Source: Catajapyx aquilonaris (taxonomy: Eukaryota). Taken from it: a stretch of DNA of 64,000 bases. Below are positions 21,701 to 33,700 of this stretch, in pieces. Numbering within the stretch: position 1 is the first letter of the stretch; every line of letters starts with the position of its first letter. The position numbers and the translations under genes are program-made. A model generated the notes under the pieces. It searched no databases. It saw only the letters and a list, made by a program, of their open reading frames with translations, and was not told the origin of the DNA. The stretch lies in assembly GCA_000934665.2 (NCBI GenBank), contig KZ538061.1, positions 1 to 64,000 on the forward strand, read 5' to 3'.

Positions 21701-24700
21701 CTCTTTTCAAAAAAATACGGAAAAGTATAAATCCGTGTCACAACAACTCTCGAGGAGCGACAATCACTTTCGGACCGTCCACTGGAAAACACAGGCCGAG
21801 CGTGACACTCGGCTAATGGCATCAATTACACAAATGGAAACTAGGGGGGCTGCGAATAGGTACAGGGAAAAGGGGATTTGCTGGGGGTAAACGATTTTTG
21901 CAAATTCGCACCATGGAAATACCAATAGGCGCAAGTCATGGTTAGTGAAAAAGGTAGGGGAGTCCACATGTTCGTGTCACACATGACTTTACGTGCCTGA
22001 TGGCAAAGGCCCCGCCTCCCATGTGGCATCACATGTCCAGGACGGAATAATGCAACGTTCCGATTGTAATTTCAGGTTGACTCATTTCTGTGCGTGGGTT
22101 TCGCTTCCCTGCGAGTGCATGAACCTATTGGGCTTTTTCCAAAAATTCAACGTAACGAACCATTCATTACAGCCACATCTCATTAATTTTTAAGCCGGCT
22201 ACAATCGCGACCTTTTAAAAATTCAGACAAACTTCTTTTGAATACCACCACCCAGTACAGTACATGTCCTGATCAAACGATTCGGTGACTGTACTTGAAT
22301 TGAGTTCAAAATTCTGTACAAGCATTACATTTTCTGCGGGAAAAAAACCTAAAAATTTTATCATCCTGCCAGACATATACCTCGACGGCGGAGCCCTGGC
22401 CCAAACTCTGATAAAGTGGTCGGTTTCATTGAGAAAACCTAGAATCATTGAACTTATTACAGTTAGAAAGAACCGCACCGCAGGGGAAAAAAAAAATCCG
22501 CGCCGATGGAAAAGGTGTTAATAGCAATGTCGATGACCAGCAGCAGTAAGCGAGGCCCACTTTGAGCAAAAGTGCCTTCGGATGGCATAATTTTTTTCTG
22601 ACCGCTCTTTTTACCCCGGTCCAACTGGAGTGCTATTGAACCGGCAGTGGCAGCGGTGGCAACCAATCGTTTTCAATTGGCGCCGTTCCCGTGCACGATT
22701 AACCATTTGCCACACTGGGCCCCCTCCACGCTATCTACACCCCATTCCGATTCACTTGTGCGAGTCACGATTGCGATTTACATGCGGACAATAGACGGCT
22801 GCATTGGGCAATCGGACTGGAGAGAGGAGGGGTGGTGACGGGGGTGTGCTTCATTCCACAGGGGGGCTGAGCTGCAGGCTTTTGTCGGTGCCTCCCGAAT
22901 TAAGTCCCTGCATTCTAATCCTCAGTCAAGCTGCAATGATGGGCGGGTTTGATACCAACGTCTGCCAGCCAAAACTCCAGGCAATTCGTCTAAAATCAGC
23001 CTCACTGGTTGTATAGGCCTACTGCACTGTACAGTGCATATGGGCACTCCATGTACCAACCTACTACTATACCAAAAATCAGTGTGGAATAAGTACATCA
23101 TGATAAGGAAGGTCCACAGAAAAATATTTGAGATAAATTCTAATGTATCATATATTGTGTGGAAGATCGGATAATCCAGAAGATAAACGAGCCACTATTG
23201 TCTCCAGACTCTAAATCCCATACTATGAGTCCCATTTGCACTGTAGATAACCGGAGTTGCAAACTGGCTAATTCAAGACTGTATAAGGGAAGGATAATTA
23301 AGTTAGCGCAATTCTAGACCTGTCTCCCACAAAAGGGCGGTCGTTATAACTTACCGACCAAAGGAAGTTTTGCGAACTGCACTCGAAATGACTCGCAGTT
23401 TTAACCCCCCCCCCCACCCCCCCAGTTTTTTCCCCTTTTCTTTTTTCCATCCCCTTTGCTGTCCAATTTATTGGCCGCCCTTGTCAGCCGCAGCGGTTGG
23501 GAAAAGGAACTGCGAACCGTTGGGAAAGTATAAAATAAAGGCGCCTCTTAAGACCTCGTTGAAGTGGAGGGAACGTCAATCACCTCCCAAAAACTCGTCC
23601 TATTAAAATGATCCGCCAATTTTTTTATATATCTATCCTATGATAGCTTTAAGAGAATTGCTCCCGTTTCGCAAACCTCCCCCCTCCCCATCCTATCCCG
23701 AGTGGAAAAAAGTCAATATTGGTGGTGGGGTTCGGAAGGAATGGAACTGTCAAGCCTTTCGCAAACATACCTCCATCTTGAGCCCAACCGAAGATGCACG
23801 TGTCCCGCAATATACCCTGTATATTTCCCAAAGCGCCGTTTCAATTAGGAAATGTTGCGGTAGGACCACATTAATCAAGTCCGGCGATGAAGTTGCCAGA
23901 AGGGGAAGGTTTTGGAACTCAACCTTTGCATCGATCTACCGGCCCCATTTTCACAATATAGAGTAGCAAAGTGGGTTTGGGTGGGTCCCGAGAGCTCCTT
24001 GTTATCCGGGCACCCCCCCTGGAAAAGGAAGATCAGGTTTCCTCAATACCAGCCATCCATCTCCATATCCAGGCCAACGACAGGGCCAGATTTAACACAG
24101 GTTCGAATGGGACCCCGGACGGGATTTGACTCCCATCTGGATCAATATGAGGTGCCCAAGGCAAGAAAACTGACGCAATCAGGTCCATTGACTGGCTAGG
24201 GGAAAATCATGGCCGACGAACATGTAATACCAGCACATGACGGAAGTTTAGACTATGTAATACAGTATTTCTTTTCATGCTCATTTCGAGAGTAATGGCC
24301 GGAATATTTAGGCCGTAAATGTCTCGTTAGTTCAACAAACGCAGGGCAGCAAGTTAATGCAGATTCCGTTTACAACCAATCTAGCAGTTATGAGGTGTCG
24401 TCAGTTCAAAGACACGTTAACGATGTAATGGCTGCTAATCATAAAGTTGTAAAGTTATTGCCGACTCCAAAATTGTCTTAGGCTGCCACGTGAAATTATG
24501 CATGATCCTTGTTCAGTCTCGCATTTATTAGCATCTCTACCGGAACACGGTAAGAATTCAGGCAAATTATCTCATAAAACATAACACTCGATAATACCTA
24601 AGCCTGCACTTTACCAGCTTGTTGTAGAAAGCAGCAGTGTCCTAGTATACACGCAAGGCTAAATATTACGAATGCCTCCTGGCATAACATCAGTTTGGCA

Positions 24701-27700
24701 GTTGGCCATGCACACCTCGACACCCTGTAGGTAAGAAAAATAAAGACCCACACTACCAGTAAAACTTTTTCTTTATGAATCCGTTATTAATGAATGCTCC
24801 TATTCAGATCAAAGTTAGAGTGCAGGTATCCTTGCCGCTAATGTCCTTCAAATCATATTTATTTATTCCACCAAATTCGTCAACGTCAAACTCCAATATT
24901 AACCCACGCGCCTCAAAAAAAAATCAAAGACCCGGCATGTGAGCAGCAAACAGCCACTTCAAGCATAATACCTCCCCGTAACAAACAGTTCCTCTCAATC
25001 ACTGTCGCCAAAACACCCTTACACCAAACCCTGGAAAAATAGTGATGATAAATCCGATTGTGTACACGTGGACCTTCCTCCTTGCTTTTCCCTTCAACAC
25101 CAAAGGCACACACGCGCTTCCTGAACCCTGAAGGAAGGGGCCATGAGAAATATGTTCCCGCCGACAAGCCGCCCACCAAATACATCAGCAAAAGGCGTCT
25201 CGGACAGGCCAAAAAGGAGGGCCGCCCTCCCATCCATTTCCTCCGCCATGACACGTGCCACGCACCTTCCCAAACCGTCCTCGGAAGCCTATCATAAAAA
25301 TGAATGAACCCTGTGATCGAGAGGTTTCCGAGCCATCCGCCACCAAGCTCCTTAGGGATTTGCCCAGATTGTAGCTTTAACCTCCCCGGCCCCCCTCCAC
25401 CCTCCACCCTGCAAAAAAAAACTATTATTTACCCCGTTTCTGGCTACGTTGACAGCTCCCTGCCACTTGTAGCTAAAAATGACGCCTCCTGTGGGTACGT
25501 TTGCATAAAGTGCGAGTAGTCACGTACGCTTGGCAAATGCGGTGCAAAATGGCAGGAGGGTTGGGGCTTAAATTCCGGGTTCGCTCCGGGGACTTTCATT
25601 TTCCTCCCAGTCAGTCTAGTCCGGAATACTTTGTTCCGAACCCCTACTGCGAGGGCGACAGGCATTAGCCAATCGGCTGGCACAAACAAGTCCTGTTGCC
25701 AGATTTTGCCAAACAGTTTCTGATCCGGTTTAATCCTCCATGCAATTTTGCCCAAACTGCTTTCAAAACGAATCGTCAGAACCACTCTCCTTTTGTTTCT
25801 TGCAGAAATGGGGGGTAAAAAAAAAAGGAAAGAAAAAACTGACTTTCTTCCGCCACTCGCATCAAGGGATGGATACATCCCTCGATTTCCCTGCGATTGC
25901 GCCCCCCCTCCTACTCCAATCTCACCCCATCAAGAGAACACGAAAACAGGCCCAAAGCCGCAGCATAACAAACAAAAAAAAATGGGGGAAGCCAAAAGAA
26001 AACTAGGGAGGGAATCTGGAATGTAGAGAGAGAAAAAAAAGAAAACGTTTTTCTTATGGGGACAGTAGGATTGCTCGCCCTATTTCCACTTTTCTTTTCG
26101 CCTTGGCACTAAAGGAAGCCGCCTCTCGCTTGAAAATTTGGAGAGTGGCCCGCTACTTCGCCGCTAGAAAATACGATTCCCCGCAGGAATGCCGCTTTTA
26201 AAGCTAGAATCCTCACAAATCTCAGCCTTTTCAACAGCTTACGATACATGCTCAATACAATGTATTGCAAGAAATGTATGCAAGAAAATTTTGAATATGA
26301 TTGCACCAGCTCATTGACGAAATATTTAGCGCAAAAAAAAGACACCATTGTCTCGCACACTTCCGTGCTTCACTGATTTATTCCGCACGCAATAAAACGT
26401 CGAGCACATAATGAACTCACATGCCGCAGTGTGTGCACACTGTATGCACATTAGCATGGTGCTTCCAGGCCAACACGTTTTGCCCCTGTCGTGCGGGCAA
26501 AGCGGCGAACAAAAGGGGCACAACGGTTAACTAACAACCCAGGATAAACGAGCCAAGGGCTCTTTCAACACGAGTGTCATACATCATGGCCTGGAGGCGC
26601 ATGAAAATTTTATCGTTCCCATGATCCGACCGCATAGACCCCCCCAAAAAAAGAAGAGGTACGAGTGTGTCCATCACGAGCCTCTCACGCAATGGGCCCT
26701 TCCCAAACCTTGTTTCGGGCCCCTCTTCTGCCCATCAGGGGCCGGATTCCTCCGGAGCACATCACACTCCATCACGGGGGATGCGTGATTCCGCCTTCCG
26801 GCCTGCATCTGACAACCAAACCCCCAGCATCCATCTCATGCTGCTTTTTTTTTTCCTATTTTCCTGGACTTCCCAATAGGTTGCCATGGGACTCGTTCTC
26901 TACTGGGGCAAAGCTCGTTTCAAATTTTACGTACTGGACGACCGGATAAGGGAGGCTTATTCCAGGAGGAGGGGGTCGTCGCACGTACTGTAAAGTAAAT
27001 ATCAAATGGAAGCAGTGACCTGTAAGTTTTGTGGGTATCATAAATAGCTTCTGCAATGAAATCTTGGAAGTTGGGCACACCGCAGATGCGAAAAATTGAG
27101 CCATCTCTTAATTTCATCTAGAATTGCTGCAGCTTTCATTTTGGTCCAGCACTTGGCTCAAGATGTTGCTAAGGCACGTGGAAAGGGGGAAGACGTATAA
27201 TCGGTATAACACTTGAAAGTCGCTCCTGGTGACAATAACCTGGCTGCTTTAAAAAAATTCAGACTTTCACTCCTTTCTGTCAAATAATAAATCGCCTTTA
27301 GTACCCACATAACTCGTATAATATCGCAGGTCATGCAACTTTATTTTTATCCCATCTGCGACAGATTCCCTCTAAAGATTTCCAAGAAAATCGCTTCCCA
27401 GAATAGTAGCGCGTGGGCAAAAAACGCCAACCAGTTTTTTTCCTGAAACCACAAATTTTGTGTGTGCGCGCCTTTGGCATGGTTCAAATTATATTCCTAG
27501 TATTCGCGGTTTAAAAATAACACCGACTGCGTTAATTACTTCTAGGCAAGTCTTAGACATCAGGAAACGTGCACACTGTACTGATTCATTTGATACCCGA
27601 GCCAGCCCTTTCCAGTTCACCTGCTCCCTTGGATCACCCACCCCCTCACCTCCCTAGCCCCTCAATCCAAACCCATTACCATGACCCATTTCTCACATAA

Positions 27701-30700
27701 TTCACTAAACCGGGCGAATTACGGGGCTCCCAACATGACAAAGGGGACGAATAATTAAAGCCTCCAACGAAACCATAATTATACGCCAGGATTTCAAGAG
27801 GAAGATTCCCTCAGGATATGAGGGGGTGCCGAAATGGAAAAGGGGTTGAGATGTATTTGAAAATTGCTTATTTTCATACCAGCGACTGGCATGGAAGTTT
27901 GGCGAATATTTTTGCACAAGACGGCCTTCAGGCAATGTCTGCACATGATCCAATACATCAGCCAGAACCTATTGATTTTGGAACAGTTCCCAAAATCTTG
28001 TTCTGGTGTTTATGGCTGAGTGTATCTCTTGATCGGGCCATTCCTGCACAGGATGCAAACCCGATTAAAAAACGAATCCATGTAACTCCCCCAAAGAATC
28101 ATATTACAGCCGCACTTGGCAACAGCCGCAGCCACTACAATAGAATTCAATCTCTGGAAGAAGAAAAAAGTTTGTGAAAGCTCGTAACTTTTGACAAGCC
28201 TCTAGAAATCCACCAGGGCTGACGTCAGTGGCCTAGACGAAATTTACGAACTGCCAAATGAAGCGAATTCTATTCCACCCAATCTGCCCGGTCCTATCCG
28301 ACCACAATGACGTAGTTGAGCTGAAAATTAGCTTCGAGAGCCGGGAGGTCATTCCGGTGACGTGCGTCCTAATAAGAGTTAGCCCCCGTGTCAAAATCGG
28401 CCTCCTATTCCACCTACCCATGTCCAATTATCCGGCAAATGAATCCGTACTGAGCCCTCAGCACATAGCATTGTGCTCGTAAAAATTCAGCATGCATCGT
28501 GTGTTCCCCGATTGCAAGACCCCCCCAAACAGGTGGATATAGGGAATAAAACTAGTATGGAAAAAAAATACCACTGTGCACACCTCTATGACCGGCCAAT
28601 TGAAATTCGATATTTGCTCTCTCCATGTACAGTTGGATGGATGTTGACCAAAATGGGAGCAGAGAGCGAACCCCCCCCCAAAAAACAGGAACCAGATATG
28701 ATTATCCCGGCTGTTATTAACGTAACTGGGAACGTACATATCGAAATTAATTTCGTACCAAATTAGTGTCGTGCATGCACCATTATTAAACGTAATACTG
28801 CCTGGAATACATGGCAGAGTCGACCTGGAAATGGTCGACTGTTTTGTTTAGATAGAAGGGAAGTTAGTCCACGACACTCTCAGCCCCTTTGGACGGGAAA
28901 TTGTCCGCAAAATTAATTTCCCCGATAGAATCCGTCATTTCTGCGCAGTACTTCGACATTTTGGCCCCTTTAATAGACAGCCATTAGGACCATACTGCCA
29001 TAGCCACATTTCACTTCACAGCAATTCATTTCGACTGCTTTCAGGCTGCATACAGGGTGGATTGTTCACTCCAGCAACCAAGGAGCAGAAATAATCACAA
29101 GCGTTTCTGACTGTTGTTTCCCTTTAATTTGGTTGACAAATTGGATGCCAAAATCCCGGATTCAAACTAGTGATGATAGTTCATGCCAGCGTCGTGTTTA
29201 CTACTTCTTGCTCTACCAACTTGAGAGGTTCTGCAATATGTTACGGCAAAGAGGATGATTCAATTTGGTATTCCATTCCCGCCCCCCACCTCTCAAACCC
29301 TCCCTCCCTAACACCCCATTCCCCTAGTTGCGCCGGCAATTTATGGCGCGCAGAGCCGAACCCATAAATTCCCAATGATATTTCCCGCTCATTAACATGA
29401 CTGGCCTGATATTCCTCCAGCGCGATACAAAACCAGAATTTTCCGTGTTCCTGGCCAACATTTCCTGTTGTTGAAATGGAAGCTGGGAGCTCTGGAAATT
29501 ATTGCCTATGCGATGACTGGCTGTGGAACAGTTTGTCTCTGTATTCCTCGCACCAGATTATCCTCGGGAGTAATCGCCTCCCAGTAAGAAAGGAGACTCG
29601 CAATTGACACTGTTTCATTAGCATTAAAAATGATTGCCAAGATTACAAGCGTCGTAAACCACCCATTACTGCAATGAGGAGTGGCAATAAGTGCTGGCGC
29701 AAAGTGCACACTCAAACTTTTTCATTCCTTTTTACGACGCGATTCATATCATCCTCTCTGGAAAGGTGAGCGAAGACATTAATTTTTTCCCCTCATGCTC
29801 ACTGCCCAATATGAATGATCGCACCACCTGAGCCTACACTCCCAGCTCGTTTCACAGATTTCTAGTCAAAAACTGCAGGGTCGCAGGGTGGATATAACCA
29901 TCTTGGTCCTCTCACAGTCCATAAAAAATTACGAGCAATAACGCGGTGGGCAGTCCATGGTCGTACACTTGAGTGATTTTTTAAACGCATATATGCTTAC
30001 ATGACCGCCCCTTTTTGCTGTTCTGTGGATCACTACACGACTAATGTACACGCGCAAAAACTCCAGAATTGAAACCACGGATCCCGATCGTTGCACATCA
30101 TTTCGCCTTGATTGACATCCCAAAGCCTATTTTTTGAAGTGTGTTCCGGGCCTGATTATCCAACCCCCAAGTCAAAACTTAACCAGTGGTTTCACCCCTG
30201 GCAAACCAAAGATAGGAAGTTGATCCTCAGCTAACACGTCGGGTGCAGGTAAGGCCATCAACTCGTTAGCTTTACAAGACCTAGCACACAAAAGACGGGC
30301 GGAGGGTGATGGATCTCCCCGAGGGTGCCGCTGATAGCTCTGCATGAGCAAAAAGAACGACCCTATCCCTATATATACGTCCCCCCCTCCTCTTAAGACA
30401 TGGCTCAGCATCTCCTTCCCTATATCCCTATCCCCCCTGATTTTATCATATCGGGAGCATAATTCATCCTCTCCTTTCATCGTGGGCAAAAAGGACAATG
30501 GCGGCGGCTGGCGGGGGGCCAGACCATCCTAGCTCGGCTTCCCAGCTCGCAAGAAAGAAGCAACTTCTTGCTACTGCTGCTCAAGAGGGGAACGGCCGCT
30601 TGCTTGGTTATGAGAAAACCAGAACTGGGGGAAGTCTCTGCCTGACAACAATGCACCTGGAACCAAAGCACTAGTCCGGACCCTTTTTTCGTCTGGCTAA

Positions 30701-33700
30701 TGCACTGCCGGGTCGCAACAGCCCTGCAGCAGCTTGATGGACCGTGGGTTGTTTTTCTTGGGATTTAAGGGTCACTGCACTGCTTGCTGGGAACCACATA
30801 TCTGGCCCCCCCAAAAAATCTGATTCCTATAGTGCACAGGCAGTGTTACAGGCATTACACAACAACCGAGATTGACCCAGCGAAAGTGAAAAAGACAGAT
30901 GGAGGGGTAAGTACCAGGGCCCTCAAGACGAATAGCCAGAGAGGGCAGCGCCTGGGGTTTCCACTAATTGGACCCCGCCATATTTATCGTTTTTCTCGTT
31001 TTTCCTCCCTAGGAACGTCACCTGGTGACAAATGTTCAGGCCACCACGTGCCTGACAGGTGGAAACCGGCCCCGTTATTCAATTTCTCACAAGTTGTGAG
31101 AAGGGCCAGGAGTTTGGACCCCCCGAGTTATTTACTGGTTGGCCTCAAAAAAATATTACGGGACTGCACTTACATTTCTGCTGTCTCAACTTTGGACCCA
31201 AAAGCTGTTACAAAACGATGCAAAAATTCATGAGGGCCTCGCCAGACATGCATCCTTTCAGGAGGCCCCGTCTCTCTGTCTTCTTGCATGCGAAAAAACA
31301 AGAACACGGAAACTCACTCCGAGTCTAGGAGATAAATCGCATCCTGCACACCTTTTCCGGACTCGCTCAATGATGAAAAATCACGACTTTCTACACACAC
31401 GGGAGGAAACATATATATACGCAAAGCTGGTTTGTCTGCCTCCGAACCCTCTACCACTAAATCCAAGAGAGAAAAATATTCAGGACGCTGTTTCCTTCAA
31501 CTATAAATTTCATTTTCAACTATACAGTATTTAAGCACGCCACCGACCCAATATGAGTGATTCTTAAATGCCTAACAATGAACTTGGTTTTTTCCCCATA
31601 TTGAAAGGGTGTCCCTTTTAACAACAGACCTTCTCAAGCCATCTAGAAATAATTCAATCCATGCAGGAAGCAGCAATAAATTTACATTTTCAGCGCAGTT
31701 ATATAGGAATAAATATTGGCAGGCTTTCGAGGGCGGCCCCCTCCTGATAACAATATTCTTGTTCGACAACCGCGGATTGAATGGTTTGGCAGCCACGTCA
31801 TATACAAGGAACCATATAGCGGCACTAATTCCCGCCGACGCAAGTAAACTCAGAAAAAGTCATTCAACCGACTCCATCGGGGAAGGGGGAGAAAGTGAAT
31901 CGTCCTATAATTTATTCCCATCTTGATTTCGACCCCCCACTTTTTTTCCCCTTAGCCCAATGGCAGTCCACGTGACTGGCCACAAATTCAACTCTGGACT
32001 TGCTCCCAGATAACCTTCTTCCAGACTCGGCGTAAATTTCCGTCCCCCCCCGTCCCCCCCCCAATGGTGAGCTGCTCCTGTACCCTGCATTGTAGACTTG
32101 GCACCCAATCACATGCTCGCGTGCAGCTTCATTACTACACAAGGAGACAACCCTAGAGCTCCATAAATCAGGCGGAAAAAACTGCTTGGGTGGGAGGGGT
32201 TTCGTAAGTGGTGAAAAATGGCAAAGATAGGTAGGGGTTTCGTGCGAATTCCTGCTGAGTTTACAGTTATACAGAGCTCTGCAGTGTCGCATGAAAAGTT
32301 GTCGCCGGTTTCCATCTAGGAGCTGCTTTGACATGGTCGACTGCTGGGTAGAGTCTCAAAGAAATATAGCTTTTTTGCACTTTTTATACAACTTTCCCTC
32401 TCATTTTCTCCCCAGCTACAATGTCTGGATAGGATGTTACTGTACTTCATGCAGCTCGTGACCTTTCACTTGAAGTACCTACCAAAATACTACTTGGCCC
32501 TGGCACCACATGGGCATATCTGCCAAGCCCCCATCTTACACGTGTCTGCCACAAAAAAAAGGAGAAGAAATTGGACAGTAGGGCGCGAGGTTGTAAAATC
32601 CTTCCCGCACAATTGGGGGGCCAGGTCCAGACGAGGCAACGAGGTGTCTCGGACACTTCGGAGAGCGCCATTTGGTCCTATAGACCTAATTCCCCATCGT
32701 GTGCCCTCCAAGAAGAGTATAGTCTTCTGGAGCTTGCAATAGGCCAGCCGGCTCCCAGATTTAGGGACCAGAAGCAATGAGATACTGCTCAAAGTTGCTT
32801 GCCAGAATCCTCTATTCCGCCCAAATTTCTTCCTCCAATTTTTCCATCTGGTTCTTGATCCTTCCTTTTTTTGCTCCTTCCCCCTTCCCCAAACCTGGTT
32901 CGTGCCTGAAAATCCCTGCAACATCAGGCTCAAAAGGCACACCCTCGCCTGGCTGATATTGCAGGGGCTCCCCTACATATACCAGAAAGCTCTACCTGCG
33001 TACACCCTAATACTCTGGGGGTTTTCCCTCTCACAACTTGTCTCATTTCGCTACCTGAGCATTAAGCAATCTGTGCAGTACCTCGGAATTGCACTCTATT
33101 ATGGTTTGTAGTTTGACGTCTCTCGCGGGAAGCGTTGAAATAAGCGGGTCAATGTTGAATTACTGTACAGAGCTGGGCGGCACGTCGTGGTACAGTCACC
33201 GTACAGTATATTCTTGCACCTGAACCAAAGTGGAACCAAAAGCTTCTGTATAGCTTACAGTGTTTACATTTTCATACAGTATGTACAGGTTATCCCTTTG
33301 TGGTTCTAAGCAGTCTGTTCATTTCGACCTGAAAATGTCCTGTATCAATATCTCATTCGCATTTAAAATTTCAACAGTCGGAGTAACACCAGAAGGTACA
33401 GTACGTGTTGAAGAATTAAAATATCATGCATTTTAAAACCGTTTCAGGCAGTCTCCTTGGTCGCGATTCTGCAAATATTCATGTGATCTTGTTAATATGT
33501 AATGAGCGACCCTTTGACATTTGATCTTCATCCAGTATACAGTACTCGCGAAAGACTGGAAGCGGCCAGGACACTGCAACATTAGTCATGAAATTTCACT
33601 ACACCAAAACTGCAACAGGTATCACCCCCATTCCCATAGCTGCAACACAGCAAAGCACTTATCTCCCTTCCTCAATCACCGTAAGCAACTATTACACGGT

